In this document: one piece after another, positions 25,090 to 37,819 of the stretch
Layout of the letters: every line of letters begins with the position of its first letter
Position numbering within the stretch: the stretch's first letter is position 1
Origin: an uncultured Nitrososphaeraceae archaeon
GTDB taxonomy: Archaea > Thermoproteota > Nitrososphaeria > Nitrososphaerales > Nitrososphaeraceae
Direction of reading: 5' to 3'
NCBI GenBank assembly: GCA_963765895.1
Contig: CAVXZB010000006.1
Coordinates: 33,166-97,165, forward strand
DNA: 64,000 nt
Notes under the pieces: generated by a model
The model's database searches: none
Told to the model about the DNA's origin: nothing
Seen by the model: only the letters and a program-made list of their open reading frames with translations
Program-made: the position numbers and the translations under genes

Positions 25090-25370
25090 TATCACTTCTG
25101 CACTTATTGTGTCATCTCCAACCGGCAAGCTTTTACAATTCTTAATTATAAAGTATGTAAAGAGTTCCTTTAGAGAATGCCGACTAGATAAGAGAAAGAC
25201 TAAGGTTTTCTACATAATTTCATTATCTTCACTTTCTCTACTAGCAGTTCTTATGGGTATTCTGATATTCGAGCAGTTCGTTAACAACTACTACGATACA
25301 GCAATCAGCATTTCTATCATTGCAACAAGCTACGGAATAGCAGCTTACGTTCTGTCAGAAATGTCCAAAA
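25090..25370 (+). pseudogene. Fragment of a membrane protein related to 16878..18250
   Basis: QFLIIKYVK..YYDTAISISII resembles GQFIILRFVK..RYDIFF. Confidence 0.5.
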
Positions 25371-25568
25371 CTTATCGAAATCATCAGGAAAATATTCTAG
25401 TGCATAAGGTGTTCCTCTGAGTTGAATCCAATCATTTAATGGAATTATTTCTTTACCTCTCCAGTCATTTGAGCCATTACCATCACCATTACCATCACCA
25501 TCACCATTTAGATAATCAAATCTTTCAATCTTTTTAGACAGATTATTGATTGATCTCTCTAGATTCAA
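25317..25568 (-). pseudogene. Truncated ORF overlapping the HTH gene; possible terminase large-subunit N-terminus
   Basis: Translationally coupled to upstream gene; function is inference only. Confidence 0.3.
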
Positions 25569-25968
25569 TGGTTTGTAGTCTCTCCTCTAATGACTTGATA
25601 TGCATAATTGATTGACCTTCCTTAAACAATGCAAACTTGGCTTCATTACATTCCCTTATTACTTTCAAAGCTAAAAGTTTGTCTTTCGGTGTTAGGTTGC
25701 TGTTGTTATTATCCTGTCCTTTGAATATCTCCCAGCCTTTTCTTCTTACCTCTTCTATTCCATCAATACATTGTTTGTAATAATATGCTAAATCCGACTT
25801 TGCTAAATCAAATACGAATCGCTGCGATAATAGTTTTAGCGCTTTGATATCTCTACTAATGGTTGATTGGTCTACTCTCGGTTCCTATGCTATTTCAGTT
25901 TCTGTCATTGACTGTGCTAACAATGTTGCAACTTTCCGTCTTCTTTCTTCGATCTCGTATTTATGCAA
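25543..25968 (-). pseudogene. HTH protein, terminase small-subunit-like, one in-frame TAG
   Basis: Manual translation EERRRKVATLLAQSMTETEIA*EPRVDQSTISRDIKAL..KLLALKVIRECNEAK. Confidence 0.6.
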
Positions 25969-26282
25969 CTCTTATCTCAAGTAATGCATTAATCTCCTCT
26001 TAAAGTTTAGCTTTATGCATTTTCAAATACTCATGCATCAATCAATGTTTGATCTAATAGCTTGAAATATGGTGATAAGTTTTAAAACGTGTAGGTCAAG
26101 TAACAAGTATAGTTGACAAATCTCTACTATTAAGAACTAACATTTTTTGTTAGATGGTTTGCATTGCAGAGATTTGATCAGCACAAAAACTCCATGATGG
26201 TTAAAATAGAGTGTGACTAGTATTGGGTTCTGAGCGTATAGTATAGGTAGTTTATATACTGTCATTATATACACATGTTATA

Positions 26283-27146
26283 GTGATTATACAATATAAA
26301 ACTGTCAAAGTAAATGGCGTTAATATATTTTACAGACAAGCTGAAAATATCAAAAAGCCAACTATTTTACTCCTTCATGGTTTCCCATCTTCATAACACA
26401 TGTTTCGAAATCTAATCAAAGAACTTGCAGACGAATATAATATTATTGCTCCGGACTATCCAGGATTTGGAAACAGTGACCAACCTCCAATCGATGAGTT
26501 TGAATATACATTTGACAACTTGGCCAATGTAATAAACAATTTTGTTAAGGAAATAAAACTAGACAAATATAGTATTTATGTTCATGACTATGGTGCTCCA
26601 GTTGGATTCGGACTAGCAGTCAAACATCCTGAACGAATACAAACGATTATTACTCAGAATGGTAATGCCTATGAGGAAGGACTGCTACCTGCTTGGGATC
26701 CAATACGTGCGTATTGGGAACATCCTACGGAAGAAAATAAGAAAAAATTAAGAAGCCTTTTTACTGCTGACTTTACAAAATATCAGTATGTGAACGGGAC
26801 TCGCAATCCCGCAGTAATCAGTCCAGATTCATGGAATATTGATCAGTTTGTATTGGATCGTCCAGGTAATAAAGAAATACAACTTGCATTATTTTATAAC
26901 TACCAAAATAATTTGAAGCAATATACTATATGGCAGCAATACTTTAGAGCACATCAGCCTCCAACGTTAGTGGCATGGGGGAAAAATGATATTTTCTTTG
27001 GGCCGCAAGGTGCATTAGCATTCCAGAGGGATATTAAAGATGTCGAAGTTCACTTATTAAACACTGGACATTTCCCATTAGAAGAGAATTTAGATGTTAG
27101 TGTCAGCCTGATAAAACGATTTTTGGCTGAACGAATTATATTTTAA
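26283..27146 (+). pseudogene. Alpha/beta fold hydrolase (epoxide hydrolase/dehalogenase-like), in-frame TAA at 26394
   Basis: LLLHGFPSS*HMFR, APDYPGFG, HDYGAP, TGHF. Confidence 0.85.
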
Positions 27147-27342
27147 TTGTATGTGCGAAGGCTATGCACTATCCACTTGGTGTAGACAAACGCCAAATGA
27201 CCAAGCCGTTAACCTAAGAAAGAATTCAATAATATTTAAACCAATAGCCTTTTAACTCATAGGTGATTGTGCTTGTCATGATGTAATGAATTATTTGTAT
27301 TTAGAACAAGTAGGCTATCATACACAATTTGATAATCGATAT

Positions 27343-27393
27343 TGATTTTTCAATTGTCGATTAATGTGATTTTCAATTGTCGATTAATGTGAT
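27343..27393. repeat. ~23-bp tandem duplication TGATTTTCAATTGTCGATTAATG
   Basis: Two adjacent copies. Confidence 0.8.
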
Positions 27394-27625
27394 AATCCAA
27401 TGAAATGATTAAAGCAGCAATCTACCTTCGTTATTGAATCTTCTTGTTTGTGTTGTTTGATGTCCCAATCCCGAATGACTTGTTTCGCAATATTTCAAAT
27501 AGGCTGGATTATAGGTATGAGTTGTCTAAGGTAACTCTTTTACTGAAATCTTAATGTCACTTGTAGTATAATGACAGCTAATCTTTAGCTTTTTATCTAA
27601 TACTTTGTTTCTTAAATGAAATTTA

Positions 27626-28063
27626 TCAGGTAAATTTTGCTCCAACTATCTCTGTATCTATGAAGTTCTGGAAATCAGGATTAAACCATTTGTCTGTCTC
27701 TATTTGCTTCCATGTTTCTTTGATAGTTCCTCTTCGAAAGATGTGTCTCATCCATTGTATCCAACCTGCCCATTCATTATCATCAAGTATATTTCTTTTA
27801 TGCATAGCATATGCATGGGAACATATCCACAATATATAAAATGAGTATGCTCCCTCTTGTGATACTTCTGCTTCGTTATCTATCACTCTTCGTATCGACG
27901 GATCTTCGATAGCACGCTCTACCATCTTGAGATACTTTTCACCCAAGTCATTAAGACCTCTGGTTTGCGTATCAATTGACAGACTCTGTCATAGCTTCTT
28001 TGAGAAAAAAAGTGTCAACACCATAGTTCCCACTATTCAAATTGTTTGTGCTACACTCAGCAT
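27626..28063 (-). pseudogene. Membrane-anchored helical protein, paralog of 63647..64000; two in-frame stops
   Basis: YILWICSHAYAMH..EWAGWIQWM shared with the paralog. Confidence 0.65.
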
Positions 28064-28394
28064 GTCAGAAAATCCTATTACGATCCCTTCAACCATTAGC
28101 CAAAATCATATACGTATTGATAATAAGCATTATTGACATAGTAAAGAGAGCTTTAGCTTTATCTACTCATAAAGAATGGATATGAGATATAAGATTATAG
28201 CTATTATGCAGCTAAATAAGAACTAAAGTATTGATGAATGACCCATTTGAGCTACCATCTTTAGAAGAGATTGCAAGCCATCGAAGCTCTAGAGATCTCC
28301 CACGATTCTGTCAGGTGTCAAAGATGCTGATTTTGAATTTTCTTCTTAGCATATATCATTTGATAAGAGTAAAATCAATATCGATAATAAGAAT

Positions 28395-28610
28395 AATGTG
28401 AGCCGCGCAATTATCTTCAGATCATTATTATCTGATACCACATATCCATTAATGGTTGGATTAGGACCAACATATGTTACATCAATCCTTTTTGCGAGTA
28501 ATGCCTCAATAGCAGATGGACCTACGTTAAATACAGTTGTTTGGATATTTACATTCTTGCCCAATGCTTTCTGAAAATCTCCATCCATAATCCAATTACT
28601 GCCTGAGCAT
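28395..28610 (-). pseudogene. Sulfonate/nitrate ABC substrate-binding protein fragment
   Basis: FNVGPSAIEALLAKRIDVTYVGPNPTINGY. Confidence 0.7.
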
Positions 28611-28779
28611 GGTTTATGTTTGGAAAGTAGCCTACGCACAAAATCTACTCGATGTAAAAAATTTTTTAATGCTGACGCTTTACTAGGGCATAATGTGTTA
28701 GTCGAATGAAGAACAAAGAAAAATCAATAGCAAGAGAAGCAGATACAAAGCTAAAATATCAGACAAATTATAAGGTGAT

Positions 28780-29462
28780 ATGTCTGCAACAGCTTCATCC
28801 ACAACAACTACTACCAAGACTAACACTATTCCAAAATGGAAGGCTTCTGGAGACTGGTTTGATGTCTGTAAATGTAATATACCGTGTCCTTGTGAATTTG
28901 CTCAAGCACCAACCTACGAGGAATGCGATGGTATTTTGGCGTATCATATCAAAGAAGGTAACTACGGTAATATTTCACTTAACAGTTTAAACGTATTAGC
29001 CATAGGAGCCTTCAAAGGTAACATTTGGACTGGAGATGGATTGACAAAAGAGTAAATATGGCTATCTTTTTTGATGATAAAGCTGATGACAAGCAGAGAG
29101 ACGCACTCAATGAGATTTTTAGTGGAAGAGCTGGTGGTTTTATGGCTGAATTTGCAAAACTCATAGGTGAAATCCGTGTAATAGAGTATGCGCCTATCAA
29201 ATTTGAGCTAGCGGATGATCTCTCCCATTGGAGTGCAGAGATACCGGGTAAAATCCTAGCAAGAGCTGAAGCATTAACTGGACCTACTACGCCTCCAGGC
29301 AAACGAGTTCAAACTATTAATCCACCTGGAAGCGAAGTAGGACCAGGAGGAGTTGCAACATGGGGAAGATCCCTTGCTGATGAGGCTGATGCAATGGGCT
29401 TCAAATGGGCAAGAAAAGAAAGATCAAGTAAGCATATTCCTTTTGATTGGAGTGGTCCATAA
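28780..29462 (+). pseudogene. DUF1326 family protein, one frameshift ~29048
   Basis: CKCNIPCPC..C..YHI..G; DDKADDKQRDALNEIFSG. Confidence 0.8.
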
Positions 29463-29762
29463 CCCCTTGGCTTTCTGAACTATCAGAACAGCGAGCAGTT
29501 TAGAAAACCCTATTTTTTGTTATTTCAGCCTCATTCATCGATTGTGTAAATAAAGTGGTAACATTACTTTATTCTTTCTTTCTTATCTTTATAGTTTGCA
29601 CAGATTTATTTGAGTGCTTTTCCCATTCTATATCCTTTTTAATTACTTCGAACCAATCGATTCCATCCCATCGTAAGTCCAACAAAAGTCAGTCAAGAGT
29701 TACTTGGATAAGATTCCAGTCTTTTTCTTTTTACATCAATCTTTCTTTCCATTGCGTATCTT

Positions 29763-30344
29763 TTAGTTTCTTTTAGGCTCAAAGTGAAGCTCAACTATTC
29801 CAGAGTCAAATGGCGTAGATTTTATCATGGTGAACTTTTGGACCGCTTTCAAATCTTTGAATATTGCCATGCCGCTTCCAATAACGGCAGGATCGATTAA
29901 CAAATGAAATTCGTCAATTAGTCCTGCTTTAATTAAGGAAGAATCAAATGTGGCCCCACCATACACGATGATGTCCTTACCACTTTCACTCTTTAGCTTC
30001 ATGATTTCGTCCGTAAGGTCGCCTGTTGCAAGAACCGTATTCACCCATTTTGATATTTTTAGCGTTTTTGTAAAAACAACTTTTGGTGTTTCTATCAACT
30101 TTTTTGCAAACGCATACGATGGGTCACCAGGTTTTGTCATTATATCTGACCAATATGAAATGAAACCATCTGTCATTTTTCGACCTAAAATAATTGTGTC
30201 AACAGATTCAGTTGATTCAAATATATAATTTTTGAGCTTATCATCAAAGTCCCAAATCATCCAGTCCATCTCACCATTAGGCCCTGCGATGTAGCCATCT
30301 ATGGACATTCGCACTTGCAGTTTTAACTTTCTCAAACTCTTCAC
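29763..30344 (-). CDS. Dihydrofolate reductase family / RibD C-terminal domain protein
   Basis: SIDGYIAG, ILGRK, DIIVYGG, GLIDE..P.VIGSG. Confidence 0.9.
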   Translation of the reverse strand: MKSLRKLKLQVRMSIDGYIAGPNGEMDWMIWDFDDKLKNYIFESTESVDTIILGRKMTDGFISYWSDIMTKPGDPSYAFAKKLIETPKVVFTKTLKISKWVNTVLATGDLTDEIMKLKSESGKDIIVYGGATFDSSLIKAGLIDEFHLLIDPAVIGSGMAIFKDLKAVQKFTMIKSTPFDSGIVELHFEPKRN

Positions 30345-30918
30345 ACCAAATATTATGACGAATTTTATAAACTTTCAGGTATTTCTCGTGAACAAGTTTG
30401 GATTCAGCGTAGTCCACCAGGAAGTGGTGCTCCTGATCTTGGAGTAATTAGTATAGAGACAGAGGATCCAACAAATACAATGAAAGAATTTGCTACATCA
30501 AATCATCCATGGGCTATAAAGTTTCGTGAATATGCAAAGAGAGCATTTGGTATAGATTTTTCTGGTCCACCACCTCCACTCAATGAAATAATAGTTGATT
30601 GGTATAAGTAAAAATAAATAATTAAAGTAGCAGTAATAACAAAAGCAATGCTTAGTATCTAACCAATAAATGATTGTGCTTAAAATCAGGATGTAATGAA
30701 TTGTCTTAAAGTATAGACTAGAATTGCCTAATGATTTACTGTTTAGCAGAAATTTGAGCGATCAATTCTTTAATCATCTTCAACTGTTCCATTATTAATG
30801 TGAAAAATAGTAATTCGATCGTATATCGTTCGCCTTTGGCATTTATTACATCAGCATATTTATTACAGTCTTCGATCATCTCCATAAACAATCTCTATCA
30901 TTACGGCCGCAGCGCAAG

Positions 30919-31125
30919 GCCTACTGTCGAATTGCAACTAGAACTATGTGCTGCCTTATTGTAAATATATGATTACTTTTCCTGTTAGAAAATAGAGGAA
31001 TCCTTGCCTGCTTCAAAACACTGAACATAGTATCTGCAAGTCTAATGTACCTTGATTCTTTCAATAGACTATTGGTATTATACTCTTACAAAGCTTTGAC
31101 TATATGATATGATTTCTACACAGCC
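30919..31125 (-). mobile_element. Left-end fragment of a related IS5/IS903-like element
   Basis: TIR GGCTGTGTAGAAATC then LKESRYIRLADTMFSVLKQARIPLFSNRKSNH, homologous to the 21886 ORF. Confidence 0.85.
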
Positions 31126-31288
31126 CCAATACATGTATTTTTACATATTACCAAAATCGTTCTCTTGCGAGATTGATATTGACTAAAAATTCTGAACTCA
31201 GCTACCAGTATATCATTCGATGTTGTAATGACGAGTCCAGTACCGTTATAGGCAAGTACTACGTCTATACATATTCATAAATTAAGAA

Positions 31289-32165
31289 ATGATAAGAATA
31301 GACGTATCCTCTGACTTTATAAAAGATCTTTTGCCTGCACGATTGGCGTCTTCCAAAAAAGGTGATAACGGTACAGTTCTTGTCGTTGGAGGAAACAAAA
31401 TCTACCATGGCGCACCAATCCTTGCATCGCTATCTGCATTGAGATCTGGGACAGCCCTAGTATATACTGCTGTTCCAAGGTCTAGTATAGTAACAGTTAG
31501 GTCACAATCACCAAATATTATCGCTTTACCATTATCTAAGGACGAATTGACTATAGGCTCAGCTAATTGGCTTTTATCTAATCTTCCAAAAAAACCTGAT
31601 GCAGCCGCCATCGGAATGGGGATGACAATTGACAAACCTGCGGCTTTGGTCAGGCTAATTAGGGGCTTACAATCTATTGACACAAAGCTATTACTAGATG
31701 CTTCGGCTCTTGTTCCTGAGGTCTTGGAAGTAATATCAGGGTACTAATACAATTGTTACTCCACATCCAGGAGAATATAAAAGAATTTTTGAAGAAGATG
31801 TAGGAAAGAGTCATAACGAACAAATTTCAAATATTAGTAGGTTATCGGAAAAGTACGGTATTACTATAGTTCTTAAAGGATTTACGAATTTCATTTCGTC
31901 ATTTTTTAATAAAGATGTTCATGTAGCTTTGGTCAACAGAGCCACTCCTGCCATGACTGTTGGAGGTTGTGGAGATGTATTGTCGGGTTTGATCTCAGGT
32001 TTTCTAACAAAATTGAGTTCTTTTGATGCTTCTGTATTGGGTATATACTTTAATGGATTATCCGCAAGTAAGGTGAACGATCAGGTCGGCCTCCACATGT
32101 TGGCAACTGATTTATTGGAAAATTTACCTGATGTCATGAAAGGATTTGATAAGATTGATGAATAA
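31289..32165 (+). pseudogene. nnrD: NAD(P)H-hydrate dehydratase, one +1 frameshift ~31740 (possibly artefact)
   Basis: KGDNGTVLVVGG..YHGAP, LDA, TPHPGE, VLKG, GGCGDVLSG. Confidence 0.85.
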
Positions 32166-33096
32166 AATTTGGAGTACATCCTGAATATCCAAATACGAGA
32201 AATTGTAATGTTTAATAAACTAGTAATGCAAAGTGCAGACCAAAATCCTTACTACTAGTAACATCGCTATTCCATGCAAATTGACACACAAATTTTACTG
32301 TACTCATAAGAGTTTTGTAAGTATTACGAGTATATCGGGTACTGGATTAGTACTGTCAATATATTGAAAACTGAAAATTATTATGCTCAATAATTGGCAA
32401 ATAGTCCATCTATCTATTTTGTTCAAACTTCCATACTTGAAACAGAAAGATTATTTATGGCGGTATTCAATACAAATTGAAAACCAATATGAGAGTGTTA
32501 GTCAGAGCAATGGTTCCAACAATAGCAGGCAACAAAATGGCCAGTGATCCTAATTTCTGAAAATAAGAATATATCAAGAAATTCAATTGTCAAGCAGCAT
32601 ATTTTACTGAGGTAAGTGGAAACAGAACTTTAGTCTTTGTTCTAGATCTATCAAGTTCAGATATGATAACTGAAGTTGCAGAACCCATACCTCAAGGATT
32701 CGAGGCTAATGTAGAAATACATCCTGCCATGATAGAGATCAAGCTCTCAAATATTGATTAACAACTCCATATCTTCGTACCACTTTAACCTTAATCATTT
32801 CTATAACATACTATTACTATTACTGTTGATAGTGATTTGCACGTGGCTATCGAAAGAAACCAGCCAGTCATCCACGGCAGATTCATTATAATAATATTTT
32901 GCGAATAGCTTATTTATCTTTTCTTGAAGTATGAATACGGAAGTTAATGTATTAACTAATGATCACTCTATTAATTAACACATCTGTTAAATATGTCCTA
33001 AACAAATCTGGCACTTGCCTCTCTTGCAGTCCTGAGTCTCAACTTGATAAGATAACAGTGTGAGTCACTAAGCATTAACCTAATTCAAATGCAAAA

Positions 33097-33576
33097 ATGC
33101 AAATTACTAACAACAAGAAAGAACAGCATATGGACATGATCAAAAGAGAAGAATATAAATACACACCCAAACAAGGATTTGTCCTCACACATTTCAAGAC
33201 AGTGCAGGATGTAAAACGATCAGCAGAGTTTTATATCCGAGTTTTCGGAGGCAAGGTTATCCGTAGTGGTGAACCCACCATCATCCAAATTGCCAATAGC
33301 TGGCTAGTTTTAAATGTAGGTGGGGGCCCAACTGACGACAAACCAACTATAACTCTCCGTACGCCTCAGAACGAAAACGAAGCAAGCAGCTTTATGATCA
33401 TTCGTGTAGCGGACATATGGGCCTGTTACAATGAATGGCAAAGCAGAGGAGCTGAATTCATTACGGAACCAAAAGACCATGGTGTTGAGATTCGGTGCTA
33501 TATGCGTGATCCGGATGGATATATCATCGAGGTCGGACAGACAACGGGAGGATTAAAAGATATCAAGGTGGGATAA
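33097..33576 (+). CDS. VOC/glyoxalase family protein
   Basis: DVKRSAEFY..FG; YMRDPDGYIIEV. Confidence 0.9.
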   Translation: MQITNNKKEQHMDMIKREEYKYTPKQGFVLTHFKTVQDVKRSAEFYIRVFGGKVIRSGEPTIIQIANSWLVLNVGGGPTDDKPTITLRTPQNENEASSFMIIRVADIWACYNEWQSRGAEFITEPKDHGVEIRCYMRDPDGYIIEVGQTTGGLKDIKVG

Positions 33577-33801
33577 AGAAGGACTGATAATCTATCACTA
33601 TTTTATTTGATAATGAAAACAACGTCAACAATACTGACACCTTTGTATCTCATAATTCTAGTTATACTGATTCTTGAATAATTATTGCTCAATCAATCAT
33701 ATATTATCAACATGACACCATTTCTTATGTCTCACCTGGCTCAAAAGACCTCATAATTGGTCCCGTCTATTATATAAAGTGGTATAAGTACTAATTAGAT
33801 A

Positions 33802-34290
33802 ATGTCTCAAATTGAAAAGAATAAGGCCGTTGTTAAACGCTATTTCAAAGCATACAATAACAAAGATGAAGCAGTATTTGATGAAATAATATCTCCTGAT
33901 TACATCGACCATGGCCAATCTGCCTATATGGGCTCGCCTGGAAGAGGAATTGATGGAGCAAAAAATGACCTTAGGTATTCTTTGGATAAATTAGATGCAC
34001 TTAATTACGTGGTAGAGGCAATAGTTGCATCAGAAGCTTACCCGGATCTTGTGGGTGCATATTGGAAGGGATCATTGACAACAAAAACAACTTACTCTGA
34101 CACTTCGGAAACCAATAAAACAATTAGCTATAGAGGCATAAGTATATACAGAATTCAAAATGGCAAAATGGTAGAAACTTGGCATGTATTTGATGGTTTA
34201 CCGATGAACCTCCTATCTACCGGACTTACTGATTTACTGAGGATCTTTAGAAGAGGACTGACTTGCCTATTACTATTTGAAATTCGATAG
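33802..34290 (+). CDS. SnoaL-like ester cyclase (NTF2 fold)
   Basis: NKAVVKRY..ISPDYIDH..YRIQNGKMVETW. Confidence 0.85.
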   Translation: MSQIEKNKAVVKRYFKAYNNKDEAVFDEIISPDYIDHGQSAYMGSPGRGIDGAKNDLRYSLDKLDALNYVVEAIVASEAYPDLVGAYWKGSLTTKTTYSDTSETNKTISYRGISIYRIQNGKMVETWHVFDGLPMNLLSTGLTDLLRIFRRGLTCLLLFEIR

Positions 34291-34744
34291 ATTTACTACA
34301 GAATTGTAGTAAAGCCAGAGTTCTCTACCTACAGTTTTACAGCCTATAGAAATCAATACCAATAGAATGTCATGATTGCCAAAGCAACAGCAAAAAAGAA
34401 AAAGAACTAACGGTAGACGAAGTCAAGAAAATGATTTACAAGCAAATTGAAAAGAAACAGAAACAAATCGACCAAACCTGATCTCATGACTGAAAAAATC
34501 TTTGGCAAATCTGTGAATACAGATCTGAAAGATATCATACACAACTTGTCTGGTAATTGGATCCAGCTTAATCAAATATTTTTTAGTACTTTGTCTAGAC
34601 CTGAAAGTATATATCTAGCCATTTGAGCCATTGCCTCACTATGATTTTTATCCTCGTTGATAAAGAGTGCACAAAAAGATAACATCTTATAAAGTGATTG
34701 TCGTTGGTAACTGAAGCAGCATACATATCGGAAAAAGTATTATT

Positions 34745-35386
34745 TCATTTAGTAAATTGAAATGAATCAACCATTTTTTGTATTGTTGGTAAATATTTAG
34801 AATACTGCCCAGGCTCTGCTTTGTATGTAATAAGATATGCATTATCTCCCTTTACGGTCCAAATCCGCATCGCCTTTCGTTCATGCTTAATACTGTCTGT
34901 TGCAGTAAATACTATCTTATAGGCCATATTGCCTGCTAACTTAAACTCGGTTGATTCTAGAAGTTTAAAATCTGGATGGTTCTGTGTCAAGTTTTTGATC
35001 TGTATTTTTGTTATTTCGGAAAGTGCCATGTTTTTGGGTTTTAAATGTTCAACTGTTATGCCAAGACCTGCAGGATATGTACTTGTATTACCTTCTAGAC
35101 TTGGGAGAAAGGTAACAAGACCACCGGCATGTAATTCGTGTATCCACCCAGTAGGATAATCTATTTTTATTCCTAAGATGTTGTCCTGATATGTCAAGAA
35201 ATTATTGTTAGTAGTAGTTATTGAAGAGGATGCACCAAAAATAGCTGATACAGATGTTGTAGAGTAAGACATATTCGAACTAATTGACAATGAGCAAACT
35301 AATGTTACTGCTAAACGTAGCAGTGACATAATTTTGAATGTTTCGCAGTGATAAATACAAAAAAAATTACATTTACTTGTAAACAT
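34745..35386 (-). CDS. PsbP/Mog1-like secreted protein (start probably MSLLR)
   Basis: FLTYQD..GIKIDYPTGW..AYLITY..YLPTIQKMVDSF. Confidence 0.8.
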   Translation of the reverse strand: MFTSKCNFFCIYHCETFKIMSLLRLAVTLVCSLSISSNMSYSTTSVSAIFGASSSITTTNNNFLTYQDNILGIKIDYPTGWIHELHAGGLVTFLPSLEGNTSTYPAGLGITVEHLKPKNMALSEITKIQIKNLTQNHPDFKLLESTEFKLAGNMAYKIVFTATDSIKHERKAMRIWTVKGDNAYLITYKAEPGQYSKYLPTIQKMVDSFQFTK

Positions 35387-35523
35387 GATGATTGGTAATC
35401 TGTGTAATGATAATATAATCTTAGATAATCCTACAGCTTATCAGCCACATCCACCAACTTATTAGCAGTATTAGAAGTATCTGGTACTACATGATCATTA
35501 GTTACGATATGTCCTTTCTTATC

Positions 35524-35960
35524 CTAAATAAACCCAGAACCCGGCGCAGTACTATTTCTACTCAGGTCTGCAAATACGTTGACAAGTTTTCTAAAGAGAT
35601 CTGCAGAAGCAAAGCCATCGCCATCTATGTCTTGTAATGCTACATGACTTGTATTCTGCCTACCTACAAATGACTCTATTAATTTAATAAATACGGCTCT
35701 TCCCATTGTTGCCTGAACTGAACAGGATAAATGCCTTTTCGAATTCACTACTCTTTAATAGAATATAGCAAAAAATCTGCATTGTAGTAAAGACGTCTTG
35801 CGGATGAAGCACTTGATCCAGAAACTTCCTTTAGCTCTCTAGTATGGATATTTAATAATCCATTTTCTATATTGACGATATCTTCATTGGAATCGAATTC
35901 ATCCCTATGTAGAGTTCTTCATTTTATCTTATTTATTACCTCTTGTACGTGTGAGTAGTG
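35524..35960 (-). pseudogene. Phage/plasmid D5/P4-type SF3 helicase remnant
   Basis: VNIENGLLNI (D5_N-like), EKAFILFSSGNNGKS (Walker A), LQD..FASADLFRKLVNVFADL. Confidence 0.75.
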
Positions 35961-36326
35961 ATCGCCCGGTTAGAGTAATTCTGGCTGTGCTTCAATTATG
36001 CATTTGCTGGCATTTGAGCATCTCACTCATTTACGAAGGCTGTGATCACAGTTAGTGAGCCTGTCTGAGCAGCGTTTCTGGGGGTTTACTCGCCGGCTTA
36101 CTGGTCTTGGGCTAGGATTCGATTCAATAAATCTTTGGACACAGTATCATGAATAGCTCAAAATCTGGCGAGCATCTAATACAACCTTCGTGACCCAGTG
36201 TTATTTTTGTTATCGATGTTATCGCAAATTAGAATGAGATTCCTTCTGGTAGCGTTACGACTTATGCTAACACACATTCACATTAGAGAATATGCTGATA
36301 GGAATCCGCTGCTGCGACTTCAAGCA

Positions 36327-36900
36327 TTAACTTAACGTTACTATTCTGTGTAAATATATACATTCTACCTTTAGCTTTTCCATGCCTATTGGTAGATAAC
36401 CATCTTTCTTTACATTACTAATATTGCGTCTGACGACGTAATTTGGAAAGTCCAAATGTCGCAAAGAGTTGTACTTAAGCCAACTACTTATTGTTTCATT
36501 GGCCTCTTCGCCGGCGAGTCTTCTTATATTAATAAGATATGGAACCACGATACGCCAAACTGTAAATTTCCTGCAATCATCTAATGGAGTTTATAATAGC
36601 TTCTCAATCCATCAGATCTTCATCTAATCGGGTTATTTGTGAACGGGCGCGAGCCATCTTACTATCCAACTGTCTGCGTTATTCTACCTTTTCATCTATA
36701 AGCCATCTCCGGAATCGGCGCAATAGATATTGTATCGTGGCCTTTGACGATTCCACATTTGTATAATCTTGACTACCTGTCCACACTTGAATTAATTGTT
36801 CGTAGAATTCTATCAAACATGAATTTGAAGCCGGCTTAACTGAGTAATCCAACTTTGGAATATGGTGATCAATAACGATACATGATGGATTAACTCTATC
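36327..36900 (-). pseudogene. PriX-like / primase-associated protein remnant
   Basis: WIEKLL*TPLDDCRKFTVWRIVVPYLINIRRL..ISSWL..GYLP; 5' boundary approximate. Confidence 0.65.
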
Positions 36901-37819
36901 TCCAATTTTGCCACGAATTATTTATCGCTAGTCTAGCTGCGGATCGATTAGGTATTAGGGAAAGACATTCTTCTTAATTAACCACTTATCTTTTCTATAT
37001 CTTTATGGCAGAACGACCGGATTTTCGAGTTCCAAGTATGAATGCAGTATAAGGAGATTTGAAAATGACGACTGACGCGAAACGAGTGATAGAGGTACAA
37101 CAACTCTCTGCAGAAGATCTTAAACCACTTACCATTCTCCGATCATCTTGTCCTTGCGCCACATTTCCCCGGCGACGTGATGCTGAACGGCGCTGACCCA
37201 GTGATCCGTTCGCCGCACCCACCTCGCAGAGACGTCCGGGATGGCTCAATTACTGATAGGCATAGCGGGCGCCGCTATCTGGTATGCGCGAACAGGCCAG
37301 CAGACTAATATTCCAATCGATATTATTGACGCGCTGCACCCATCTGCATCCTACTCACTTCGTTCAGCAGCAGGGCCGCATGATCAATGTCGGCGCGGAA
37401 TTTGTCGACGTGAATGGGCATGTTTCTTTGCCGTGATAATCGCTATGTCCTACTCTGGTAATATTGTATTGCTGTTGTCTAAATGGCTAATCCACTCGCT
37501 TCTTTTTCTAAGTTGGTGGCATAACTTGCAGCGGAACTGCCGTTCTTTATCGTTGCTAGCCATTTAGTTTAGTAACCGAATTTCCCAGCAGAAATTGGAA
37601 TCCTTGAGCAACAGGCGCTTAATCTTAATCCGACGTTGTTGTTGAAAATCCTACATAACTATGAACTATTTAAAAATGGAGGTTGAAATTAGATAGTGAT
37701 ATGTATGAATTCCTTTGTTATTGTTATAGTTGTCTCTAGTGACAAATAATGACAAAATTATAAGTTTATTCGTATTCTATATCGCTAAACCTATATGAGC
37801 CGATGCCAGTTAATTAACA

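Noticed and set aside
25473-25510. (CCATCA/CCATTA)n hexamer repeat
   Set aside because: Simply encodes a GDGNG low-complexity linker
35960-36200. Moderately GC-rich spacer containing GGATTCGATTC, as a possible tRNA/att or origin
   Set aside because: No cloverleaf or iterons could be built
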